A stretch of 57,132 bases of DNA, from the IMG/VR virus record IMGVR_UViG_3300048917_000273, positions 1 through 57,132 of that record, one strand, 5' to 3'. The notes under the pieces are model-generated. The model had not been told where the DNA came from and made no database searches. It was given only the letters and a program-made list of their open reading frames with translations. Position 1 is the first letter of the stretch. Every line of letters starts with the position of its first letter. Of this stretch, positions 9,349 to 17,880 are shown piece by piece. Source of the stretch: a virus. The translations under genes and the position numbers were made by a program.

Positions 9349-10434
9349 TCATGCTCCCAGCTTTGCGAGGTTCCAGGTGGAGGTCTGCCTGGTCAGGAGG
9401 TAGGTGCCAGCGACGCGCGATGCGCCCTGGACGGTGGCTGTGCCGAGCACGATCACCGTGACCTGCGATCCAGGTGCGTTCGTGCCGAGGTTTGAGATCG
9501 TGTTGATCGTCACGTTCGCCCCGGTCGCGACCTCGACGACGGTCCCCGTGAACACGGAGATGCCACCGACGCTTCCTGAGATCGGCTGGTATGTGGGGGT
9601 GATGTAGGTATCCAGCCCTGCCGTCTGGATGTCACCCTGGACCTCGACGAAGTACGAGTCGTACTTCGGCGTGTACTGCATGTCGATGACGCCGTAGCTC
9701 GGGAAGCGCAGGATCGTCCGGTACGTCGGCGCGAACCCGTCGTTGAGGTAGTAGGTCTCGACGACGGCGGATGCCCCGACGAGTAGGGGGAGGTTCTCAT
9801 TGTCCGACGACGCGATCTCGGGGAAGTCTGCCTGCAGGCTGGTCGTCGTATAGATCCCGACGCCGGGCGTGCGGATGGCGTTGAGTTCGGCGCGCGAGTG
9901 GAAGACCGGCGGCTGGGCCTCAGCGGCGGATGCCGCGGCGGCAGAGGCACTTGCGGCCGCGGCATCCGCGTTCGCCTGCGTCTCAGCCACGGCCTGCAGC
10001 CAGTCGTCGAGCGACTGACCAGGGTCCGGCGGCACCGGAAACAGGGTCGTCAGGTCGACCGACCCAGACCCCTGCGGCAGCGCGAACGTGACCGTGTACG
10101 TCTTGAAATTCGGGACGGAGATCGTCGCCGTCCACGTCCAGTTCACCGGCTGCAGATCGGTGTCATCGGTGCAGATCAGGAACACGCCGACCTGGCCGTC
10201 CGGCGAGACCAGCTGTCCGGTGGCGTCGGTGAGAGCCTGGATCTGCGAGAAGAAGATCGTCACCGGCGGCGTGGCCGAGACGTTCTTCGCCTGCTGGATC
10301 GACGCGGCGAAGTTGACCTTGACGCCCTCGATCGGTACGCCGTCGGGATCGCGGTCAGGGTCGGCGCTGTCGATGACGGCATCCATCGCCGCCCATGTCA
10401 CCATGCGCGTCTGCACGTTCGATGGCAGTGTCAT
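9349..10434 (-). CDS. virion structural protein, two domains joined by an Ala-rich linker
   Basis: ORF track, 361 aa. Linker sequence ANADAAAASASAAAASAAEAQ. Lies within the structural block. Confidence 0.7.
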   Translation of the reverse strand: MTLPSNVQTRMVTWAAMDAVIDSADPDRDPDGVPIEGVKVNFAASIQQAKNVSATPPVTIFFSQIQALTDATGQLVSPDGQVGVFLICTDDTDLQPVNWTWTATISVPNFKTYTVTFALPQGSGSVDLTTLFPVPPDPGQSLDDWLQAVAETQANADAAAASASAAAASAAEAQPPVFHSRAELNAIRTPGVGIYTTTSLQADFPEIASSDNENLPLLVGASAVVETYYLNDGFAPTYRTILRFPSYGVIDMQYTPKYDSYFVEVQGDIQTAGLDTYITPTYQPISGSVGGISVFTGTVVEVATGANVTINTISNLGTNAPGSQVTVIVLGTATVQGASRVAGTYLLTRQTSTWNLAKLGA

Positions 10435-10459
10435 GTCACCCTCTCTGCACGGTGTGGAA

Positions 10460-10492
10460 GGGGCTCCTCTCGCGCGCTGCGAGAGGAGCCCC
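10460..10492 (-). terminator. strong GC hairpin after the major-tail-like gene
   Basis: GGGGCTCCTCTCGC-gcgct-GCGAGAGGAGCCCC gives a 14-bp perfect stem. No U tract. Confidence 0.6.
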
Positions 10493-10498
10493 CACGGA

Positions 10499-11437
10499 TC
10501 ACGCCTCGGTCGTGACGACCGACGTGGTGGTCCAGTTGATGCCGTTCTGCGACGCCATCACCGAGTACGTTCCGGCCTTCGCGTAGGTGTGCGAAGCGGC
10601 ACCAGGTGCCGCGACGTAGTCCCACTCGCCGTCGCCGAAGTCATACCAGACCGGGCCCGTCGAGGCGGGCGTGGTCGTGAACGCCACGTCGAGATCGGTG
10701 ACCACACCGGCCACGGCGGTGAATGCCGAGAGGGTGGGGTCGAGGACCGGGCGGGCGCCGACGGCGTCCGTCGGCGGGGCGACCGTGGTGATCTGCATGC
10801 GCAGCGCCGCGGTCGTGGACACCGGCTGGAACAGCGGGCCTGCCACGCCGAGTTCGTCCATCTCGACGGCGTAGGGGCCGTGGCCCCACTGGTTGCCGTC
10901 GCGAGTGGTCGCGCCCGTGATCTGGAAGGTGACCTCCTGGTTCTCGACCGAGAAGTCGCCGACGATGCCGCCCTGCAGGCGAGGGAGCAGCAGGTAGCCG
11001 TACTCGCCCTGAGCGTTCGGGTCGTCGCAGACGTTGCTGCCCTGCGCGCCGGTCCATGTCTCGAGCGCGAAGCCCTCGTCCTCGAGCGAGATCGCGGTGT
11101 CGACCTCGAGGCCGACCACGTCACCCGAGGCGTTGACGACGAGCGTCTGCTTCGTGATGATCTCGAACATCTCGAAGTCCACGCGGCAGAACGTGAGGTC
11201 GACGCCGTAGCCCGCAAGCTCGGTGACGGACGGCTCGTAGATGCAGCGCTTGCCCGCGAAGTTCGGGACGTTGATCTCGTCGGTGTCCGTGGTCTGAGCG
11301 GTGAACGCCGCGGTGATCACGCCCTCGGAGACGGCCTGGTTGTACTCGCCGGTGACGACGCGCCCGCAGTTGTCGAGGCGCGTCGCGCGGACGGCGCGAC
11401 CGCGGACTGCGGTCAGCGGAGTGGTGGTGCGAGGCAT
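10499..11437 (-). CDS. putative major tail (tube) protein with C-terminal PKD/Ig-like domain
   Basis: ORF track, 312 aa. C-terminal WYDFGDGEWDY..HTYAKAGTYSV is a PKD signature. The gene is followed by a strong hairpin, as the capsid gene is. Confidence 0.55.
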   Translation of the reverse strand: MPRTTTPLTAVRGRAVRATRLDNCGRVVTGEYNQAVSEGVITAAFTAQTTDTDEINVPNFAGKRCIYEPSVTELAGYGVDLTFCRVDFEMFEIITKQTLVVNASGDVVGLEVDTAISLEDEGFALETWTGAQGSNVCDDPNAQGEYGYLLLPRLQGGIVGDFSVENQEVTFQITGATTRDGNQWGHGPYAVEMDELGVAGPLFQPVSTTAALRMQITTVAPPTDAVGARPVLDPTLSAFTAVAGVVTDLDVAFTTTPASTGPVWYDFGDGEWDYVAAPGAASHTYAKAGTYSVMASQNGINWTTTSVVTTEA

Positions 11438-11440
11438 GCC

Positions 11441-11782
11441 TCAGTCCTCCTTCGTCTCGGCGCCATCCGCGGCCGCGGGGGCCTCGGGGGTCGCGTTGAT
11501 CTTGTCGATGATGTCGGCCTTCTTGGTCGCGTCACCGAGGTCGACGCCACGCTCGGCGGCGACGGCCTTGAGGTCCGCGACGGTGAGGTCGCTGAGATCC
11601 TTGTCGGTCCCGTCGGTCTCTACCGTCGAGTCCCCGATGGGAACCAGGAAGCCGCCGAGCGCGGCGCTCACGCGCACGAGCGTCTCGTCGACGCCCCGCT
11701 CGTTCGCCAGCTTCAGTGCCTTGAGCGCGTTCTCGCGTCCGCGCCCTGCGAGGAGTTCGTACCCCTCCGGGATGTTCGCCAT
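11441..11782 (-). CDS. small protein with SAP/HeH-like motif
   Basis: ORF track, 113 aa. LTVADLKAVAAERGVDLGDATKKADIIDKI resembles a SAP/HeH helix-extended-helix. Confidence 0.65.
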   Translation of the reverse strand: MANIPEGYELLAGRGRENALKALKLANERGVDETLVRVSAALGGFLVPIGDSTVETDGTDKDLSDLTVADLKAVAAERGVDLGDATKKADIIDKINATPEAPAAADGAETKED

Positions 11783-11796
11783 GACTCAGTCCTTCC

Positions 11797-12540
11797 TTAG
11801 GGTGCGGTCACGTTGATGAGGTGGCGGAAGTCGCAGTCGACGCCCGCCGCGTACACACGCTCGGCAATGCCCAGCGCCTTGTTCTCCGTCCACTGATCCA
11901 CCTGTCGAACGACAGGCGTACCGGCGTAGACCGAGAGCCCTCCGATGATGCCGACCTTGCCGTCGGGCACCTCGCCGGATGCCAGGACCGGCGTGCCGTG
12001 CGGCGACACCAGCTGGCCGTTCTCGCGCACCAGGGCGCTCGCGGCGAATGCTGCGTCAGCCTCATCGCGGGACATCACCAGGATCGGCTGGCCGACGTAT
12101 GCCGTGTCGGCGAACTGCTCGGCGGCACCGATCGCGGCGACGATGTTCGCCGCGGTGCCGGGGCTGGCGGCAGCGGCCACCCACACCCAGAGGGCCGCTT
12201 CGAGCGGCCGGTCCTCACCGGCGGCGAGCGCGTCGGCCGCCTGCTGCTGGAACGTTGGGCCGTCAGCGTCGCCACCGAGGTAGCACTCCACGCCCTTGTA
12301 GCGGGCGAACGGGCCCACCTGCATGTCGTACTGGGTGATGCCGTCGCCGACCTTGTCCTCGGCATCCTCCGGCTTGACGCAGTCGATCCACGTCGGGTTC
12401 GAGAACCCGCATGTAGCGTCCTCCCAGACCGGCGAACCTTCGGGTGCGTTCAGTCGGGCCTCGAGGATGAAGTCTCCGGCGACCGCCTTGATGCCACCCT
12501 GACGGGGCTTGCGGACCGGAGGCTGAACCTGAACTGCCAT
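11797..12540 (-). CDS. head-associated hypothetical protein
   Basis: ORF track, 247 aa. It is the first gene after the capsid hairpin. ATG at 12540 with a GAGAGGAGAGGG SD. Confidence 0.7.
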   Translation of the reverse strand: MAVQVQPPVRKPRQGGIKAVAGDFILEARLNAPEGSPVWEDATCGFSNPTWIDCVKPEDAEDKVGDGITQYDMQVGPFARYKGVECYLGGDADGPTFQQQAADALAAGEDRPLEAALWVWVAAAASPGTAANIVAAIGAAEQFADTAYVGQPILVMSRDEADAAFAASALVRENGQLVSPHGTPVLASGEVPDGKVGIIGGLSVYAGTPVVRQVDQWTENKALGIAERVYAAGVDCDFRHLINVTAP

Positions 12541-12562
12541 CGCCCTCTCCTCTCAGGTTGGT

Positions 12563-12599
12563 GGCCCCCGAACCAGGTGGCGAACCTGGCCCGGGGGCC
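12563..12599 (-). terminator. nested GC hairpin after the major capsid gene
   Basis: GGCCCCCG-aa-CCAGGT-ggcga-ACCTGG-cc-CGGGGGCC, located 9 nt after the capsid stop. Confidence 0.6.
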
Positions 12600-12607
12600 G
12601 ATCACGA

Positions 12608-14344
12608 TCAGGCGGCGGCGGGAGCGCCGATGGCCGGGTAGCCGCTGGCGCCGTTGGGGTTCAGCTGGAAGCCGACGCGCACACCGTAGCCACGGGTGTT
12701 CGCGATGGCGAAGCCCTCCTCGACGAACGCCGCGGTGTACTCGTTGCCCGTGAGCATGTCGTGGTCGTAGACCGCGTCCAGCGAGATGACGTCGTTGACG
12801 AGGCGGGTGTACGCACCGGCCGGGTAGAGCACGACCTCGGCCACGGTCGGCCAGATCGTGTTCGTGACGGTGCCACCGGCAGTGCCCTTGGCGCCGTCGA
12901 CGAGCGGCTGGTAGTCGTACGGGAACTGCAGCTTGATGCCGCGGAGCGCCAGCTGAGCCTCGATCTCCGAGTCCGGCACGTTGAACGGGTCAGCGATGCC
13001 GAGGCGGCGGGAGACGTCGGTGCGGAGCGCACCCTTCAGCCAGAACGGAGCGAAGCCCTCGATCGTGGCTGCGGGGTCCATGGCCAGGTTCTGGCGGATC
13101 CGCATGGCGTTCAGTTCGAGACCGCCGAGCACGTCGGCGTAGCCCGAGTTGGAACCGGCCGCGGCGACCGGGGCCCAGGCGTAGACCGTGGTGATGTCGG
13201 CGATGATGCGCTTGATCGACTCGGCGCTCTTGCGGCGCTGGTGGCCCAGGCCGAGCAGGTTCAGCACCCGCTTGGTCAGCTCGGGGTACGCCGCGTTGGT
13301 GAGCAGCGGGGCGGTCGCGCAGAAGCCGATGGCGTCCAGGCGCACCTCCTCGAAGGGCGGGCACTCGAGCGCGTAGCAGGGCTTCGTGGTCCCAGCCTCG
13401 GCCTGCGTCTCAGTCTGGATGAAGCCCGCGTCGGTGTCCGCGAAGATCGTCATGAAGTCCGGACCCTTGGTGAACTGGATGCCACCGCGCTTCGCCGTGA
13501 CCTCGGGGAGGTCGAGCAGGCCAGCGTTGGTCTCGTAGCCGAAGAGATCGTAGATCGTCTCCGACGGAGCGCACCAGCCACCGGCCGCGATGACCGAGTT
13601 GCCCGAGAGGGCGTTCTCGTCGGACGCCGCCATGATCGCAGCGAACTGCGCCTCGAGCGACATCTCACGGTCGACCGAGAACTCGCGGCCCTCGTGCTTG
13701 ATGCGGGCGACGCCGTAGCGCTGGGCGCGCGGCGACAGGTTGTAGGTGCCGGGCTTCATGTCCTGAGGCACCGAGCCGCCGAACGAAGCAGCGCGGGAGA
13801 GGAACGCGGTGGCGACCTCGTCCATGCCGTTCAGTTCCTGGCCGCTGTTGAACTCGGGAACATTGGCGGCTGCCACGATGCTGTTCACGGACTTGGGCTC
13901 CTGGTTCTCCTTGGGGATGATGACGGCCGGTGCCTGCTTCGAGGCGGCGCGGACGACGGGGCGCTTGCTGCCGGATGCCAGCACGGCCTCCGGCTCGGCG
14001 ACGACCTCCGCCTCGGGCTCCGGCTCGGGCTCGGCGGCGGCCTCGGGCTCCGGATCGGCGATGGGCTCCTCGACGGGAGTCTCGGCGGTCGGCTCGGCGA
14101 GCGCGTCGACGCGGGCACGGGTCGCTTCGAGGCGAGCGGCGCGCTCCTCGGCGGCGGTGTCGATCTCGCCGACACGGGCGTCGATGGCGTCGACGTGGTC
14201 GAGCACGCTGTCGAGCGCGTTGAGGTCTTCGTCGCTGGCGTCGGCACCGAGCGCGTTGAGGCGGTCGATCTCGGCGCGTGCGCGGATGCGAGCCTCGAGC
14301 AGGTCGTCGCGGTTGAGGTCTGCGATCTCGGGGATCACGAACAT
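12608..14344 (-). CDS. major capsid protein (HK97-fold type) with N-terminal coiled-coil/acidic scaffold-like extension
   Basis: ORF track frame. The likely start is ATG 14344 (MFVIPEIADLN) with an AGGAGA SD. It carries GGWCAPSE and KPCYALECPP motifs and is followed by a hairpin. Confidence 0.85.
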   Translation of the reverse strand: MFVIPEIADLNRDDLLEARIRARAEIDRLNALGADASDEDLNALDSVLDHVDAIDARVGEIDTAAEERAARLEATRARVDALAEPTAETPVEEPIADPEPEAAAEPEPEPEAEVVAEPEAVLASGSKRPVVRAASKQAPAVIIPKENQEPKSVNSIVAAANVPEFNSGQELNGMDEVATAFLSRAASFGGSVPQDMKPGTYNLSPRAQRYGVARIKHEGREFSVDREMSLEAQFAAIMAASDENALSGNSVIAAGGWCAPSETIYDLFGYETNAGLLDLPEVTAKRGGIQFTKGPDFMTIFADTDAGFIQTETQAEAGTTKPCYALECPPFEEVRLDAIGFCATAPLLTNAAYPELTKRVLNLLGLGHQRRKSAESIKRIIADITTVYAWAPVAAAGSNSGYADVLGGLELNAMRIRQNLAMDPAATIEGFAPFWLKGALRTDVSRRLGIADPFNVPDSEIEAQLALRGIKLQFPYDYQPLVDGAKGTAGGTVTNTIWPTVAEVVLYPAGAYTRLVNDVISLDAVYDHDMLTGNEYTAAFVEEGFAIANTRGYGVRVGFQLNPNGASGYPAIGAPAAA

Positions 14345-14509
14345 GATCAGTCTCCTAGATGAGTCGATGGGACAGACAGGAACGTCTTGACACCCCGTGA
14401 GGGGTGCGAGGGAATCCGGCTGCCTTCGGCCACCTTGGTACTGCTTCTGCTCAGGATCTTGGCACACCGTGAGCAGAATGCGCAACATGCGCGCGCGACA
14501 CGCCGCGGC

Positions 14510-14668
14510 TCAGGCTGGGCGCACCCGGTAGCCGGGGTTCTTCGATGCGGCCATGCGTGCGTCCGTCTCCGAGGAGTAGACCTTCACCAGGCTCCCGCTG
14601 CCGTCCAGCAGCAGGAACTTCTGCCCGGTCCCACCACTCTTCTTCGATCCGCAGTTGCACCCAGCCAT
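14510..14668 (-). CDS. small Cys-motif protein (52 aa)
   Basis: Hand translation: MAGCNCGSKKSGGTGQKFLLLDGSGSLVKVYSSETDARMAASKNPGYRVRPA. Strong GC3 bias. The ATG overlaps the upstream stop (TGATG). It is below the ORF-track size cutoff. Confidence 0.5.
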   Translation of the reverse strand: MAGCNCGSKKSGGTGQKFLLLDGSGSLVKVYSSETDARMAASKNPGYRVRPA

Positions 14669-17600
14669 CAGTCGTTCCTCTCGCTCTCGATCAGGCGCAA
14701 CACGCGCCCGCTCATGTCCTGCACGCGCAGGGTGTGCACCCGCGCGGCCAGTGCCTGTCGGCGCTCGTCGCGCCGCAGCTTCGCCACCACCTGGACGGCG
14801 ACGCGCGAGACGAACTGCTCGTGCGTCTCGCCGTCGTGCTCGTTCGCCGGATCGACCAGGCCGAGACCCAGCGCCGACATCTGCAGGTCGCCGTTGCCCT
14901 CCCAGGCGGGAGCCGCGGATGCCGCGAGCGAGTAGCCCGGGGTGTTCACCGACACGGCCGCGACCAGGTCGAGGCCGAACTTCGGGAACCGCCGCCAGTC
15001 GCCGGACAGCGAGCCGATCGCGCGCACGTCGTCGATCATCTCTTCGGTGACACCGGGGCGCAGGACGCCCGAGTACCAGATGCCGAAGCGGTCCTCGCCG
15101 ATGTTGACGAACGCGAACACGGCATCCGTCTGGTCGTAGTGCGCCGTCGCCGCGGCCGCGCGCAGCATCGGGTTCGCGTGGCCGATGCCGTACGTCAGCG
15201 TTCCGACGCTCTGCTCGCCCTGGTCGGTGTCAACCACGCCGTGCAGGAAGTTCGCGTAGTGCGACCCCGACTTCGGCGGCTTGGTGCATGCGCCGTTGAC
15301 ACCGATGTGGCACGAGTTCCACTGGGCCAGATGGCCGGAGATGCGGCCGGTCTGCTTGTCGATGTGCATCGGCGTGACGCCGGTGAAGCGCGGGTCGGCG
15401 AACCACTCGGCCGGGTACTCGCGGCGCTCGGATGCCTCTGTGCGCAGGGTGGCGATCGGCGACGGGAGTCCACCGGCCGCGGTCAGCGCCTGGCGCACAG
15501 CCTTGGCGTGGGTCGACGGCCAGAAGCCCAGGGCCTCCTTGTGCATGTTGGCGCACATCCCGGCCAGCCACTCGGGGTTCTGGACGTACTTCGCCAGCTG
15601 CGCGCGGCAGCGGTTGAAGTCGCCACCCTCGCCCCAGCGGATCTTCGCCGCGCCCTTGCCGTGCGTCCAGTAGCGCCGGATGCGCGCGGTCGGCACCGGG
15701 TGAGTGATCCAGCCGGGTCCGTCATGGGTACCGGGTGCGAATGCCGCGAGCGGCACGATGGTCTCGGGTCCGTCCGCGCCGACGAGCGCCAGGCGGTCAC
15801 TCGGGGTGATGACGCCGCCGGTCGCGAAAGAGTCGCCCTGCGTCGTCCAGTCCGCCGGGATCAGTGCCGACTGGCCGAGCGCGGCCGCGCGCTTCTTGAT
15901 GTGCTTCTTCACGGCGGCCGGGTCGCTCGCGCGGCCGATGGCCTGGATCGCGTTCTTGAGGTCGTCCACCGTCTTGATCGGGTAGCTGCCGTCAGGCATC
16001 GCCGCCCCGGCGTCCGCGAGATCCTTGCGCTCCTGCGTGCTGACATCGCGGAACGGAACAGCGAGGCTGGGGTCCGCGGCGATCGCGGCCTGGTATGCCT
16101 CCTCGTCGACCTCCTCGAGGCATCCGCAGGCGGTGAGCGCGTCGACCGCGGCCTGCTTGTCCTCGGGCGACATGTCCTCCTCGAACTCGTGGCCGAGCCC
16201 GGTGTACGACTCGGCGAACGCGGGGATGGGAACCTGCGTCGCGCCGGAGACGCGGGTGGTCTTGAACCAGCGGGTCGGGTTCTTGCCCTGCGACGTCGCC
16301 GCGTCGATGTACTCCTCGGTGTACGTCTCAACGTCGTCCGACATCTGGTCGGCGTCGATCGACAGGCCGGTCTTCACGCCGGACAGGATCGAGTTGATCG
16401 CCTCGGCGGCGTACGGCAGGGAGAGCACGATGGCGCCGGTGAAGCGCATCTGGCCGTCCTGCATCCAGGCGTTGTCGATGCGGCCGACGTCGTAGACCTC
16501 GGAGGTCTGGTTGCCGCCGTGCGAGCCGACCGCCTCGTAGCGGTACGGGATCGGCAGGGGGCGGGTCGACAGCGCGCCCGGGCGGAAGCCGCGGCCGTCG
16601 CCGGTCTCGACGTCCTCGACGGCGAGCACGCCGTGGATCGGAACCTCGGTGACGATCTCCTCGCCGTCGTCCGGCTCATCGGGCACCAGGTTATCCTCGG
16701 TGTCGACGGGCGGGGCCTCGGTCGTCGGTGCTGCAGCGGACGCGGTCACGGCGTCGCCTCCCATCGGGTAGTCGTGGTGCTCGCCGCCGAGCCACAGGCT
16801 GGCGCGGTCGAACGTGACGCTGGGCTCATCGTACTCGGACGCCGCCGGGCGCTCGGGATAGCCGAGCGTGACGTGCGGGGTGTACTCGGGGAACTGCTTC
16901 ACGGCGCCGTGCGCCGAGCCGACCTGCTCGTTCGAGAGCAGCTGGTCGCGCGCGGCGAGCAGTTCCGGCGTCGGATGCAGGAACGCGACGTCGGCGTTGT
17001 CGTCGCCGAGCGTGCCGCGGGATGCCACGGGCACCGTGATCGGGCCGGGCTGGTCAGCCGCCCACTGGCGGACCTCCTGCTGCAGGGTGTCCATGTCGAC
17101 CTGCGGGTTCTCCGCCGTGTCGCGGGACTGCATCTCGGCGAGGTCGCCGAACCAGACGAACGTCAGGTGAGCGGGCTCGGAGGATGCCGCGGTGACCGGG
17201 TCGTCGTCGGCGGGCACGAGCACCACGAGCGCGCCGGTGTACGGCGTGCCGTCGGGGTTCACGTTCTGTGCGGCGAACGCGCCGTCGTCGTCGGTGATGG
17301 TGAACGTGTTCGCGCTCATCGCCTCTCCCTCTCGCGATGCGGGCTGAGCCACGCATCGGCATTCGATCCAGACCTCGGGCGGCCCGACCGGTGCACCCGG
17401 GTAGGGCACCTTCGTCCCGGCGACATCCCAGGTGCTGCCGATCGGCACCACCTTGCCGTCGACGTCGCGATGGATCTCGCGCACCTTGGAGTCCTCCATC
17501 GTGCGCCACACCTTGGACCGGATGCCACGCCCATACGAGCCCGTCATGGTCCCCGCGTTGATCGCATACGTGGACAGCCAGCGGGTAATGCGGTCCACCT

Positions 17601-17880
17601 GCGTCTGGCCGACGCCGCCGTCAGGCTGGCCGGTCTTCTCGAGCGCGGCCGCCAGCGACGTGCGGAACCGGCGCTCGGCGTTCGCGTAGCTGCCGCCGGG
17701 GTTCTCCGCCTGGAAGTTCTCAAGCCAGATCTGCGCGGCCGCGTCGATGATCCCGGAGTCCCAGCCGTCCTCGCCGCTCGCGTACTTGCCGAGCCCCGCC
17801 TTCACGGCGGGCTCGAGGCGCTCGTCGGCGTCCGTCAGCGACTGGCGGCGCTGGGCGGCGAACGTCCCGCCGTCCATCAC
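14668..17880 (-). CDS. head morphogenesis polyprotein: MuF-like domain + 2H-phosphoesterase-like domain + prohead protease-like domain + C-terminal extension
   Basis: ORF track, 1070 aa. MuF-like region: REIHRDVDGKVVPIGSTWDV..WIECRCV. Two H-x-T-x motifs: H238 LTF at 17167-17169 and H336 VTL at 16873-16875. Protease-like region: IHGVLAVEDVETGDGRGF..GSHGGN..TGLSID. Also DGSYPI..NAIQAIGRA and GDFNRCRAQL motifs. Confidence 0.85.
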   Translation of the reverse strand: MMDGGTFAAQRRQSLTDADERLEPAVKAGLGKYASGEDGWDSGIIDAAAQIWLENFQAENPGGSYANAERRFRTSLAAALEKTGQPDGGVGQTQVDRITRWLSTYAINAGTMTGSYGRGIRSKVWRTMEDSKVREIHRDVDGKVVPIGSTWDVAGTKVPYPGAPVGPPEVWIECRCVAQPASREGEAMSANTFTITDDDGAFAAQNVNPDGTPYTGALVVLVPADDDPVTAASSEPAHLTFVWFGDLAEMQSRDTAENPQVDMDTLQQEVRQWAADQPGPITVPVASRGTLGDDNADVAFLHPTPELLAARDQLLSNEQVGSAHGAVKQFPEYTPHVTLGYPERPAASEYDEPSVTFDRASLWLGGEHHDYPMGGDAVTASAAAPTTEAPPVDTEDNLVPDEPDDGEEIVTEVPIHGVLAVEDVETGDGRGFRPGALSTRPLPIPYRYEAVGSHGGNQTSEVYDVGRIDNAWMQDGQMRFTGAIVLSLPYAAEAINSILSGVKTGLSIDADQMSDDVETYTEEYIDAATSQGKNPTRWFKTTRVSGATQVPIPAFAESYTGLGHEFEEDMSPEDKQAAVDALTACGCLEEVDEEAYQAAIAADPSLAVPFRDVSTQERKDLADAGAAMPDGSYPIKTVDDLKNAIQAIGRASDPAAVKKHIKKRAAALGQSALIPADWTTQGDSFATGGVITPSDRLALVGADGPETIVPLAAFAPGTHDGPGWITHPVPTARIRRYWTHGKGAAKIRWGEGGDFNRCRAQLAKYVQNPEWLAGMCANMHKEALGFWPSTHAKAVRQALTAAGGLPSPIATLRTEASERREYPAEWFADPRFTGVTPMHIDKQTGRISGHLAQWNSCHIGVNGACTKPPKSGSHYANFLHGVVDTDQGEQSVGTLTYGIGHANPMLRAAAATAHYDQTDAVFAFVNIGEDRFGIWYSGVLRPGVTEEMIDDVRAIGSLSGDWRRFPKFGLDLVAAVSVNTPGYSLAASAAPAWEGNGDLQMSALGLGLVDPANEHDGETHEQFVSRVAVQVVAKLRRDERRQALAARVHTLRVQDMSGRVLRLIESERND

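Noticed and set aside
14387-14392. Plus-strand TTGACA as an antisense promoter within the late arm
   Set aside because: There is no acceptable -10 (GGGAAT at 17 nt), no CTAGG inverted repeat and no plus-strand gene downstream.
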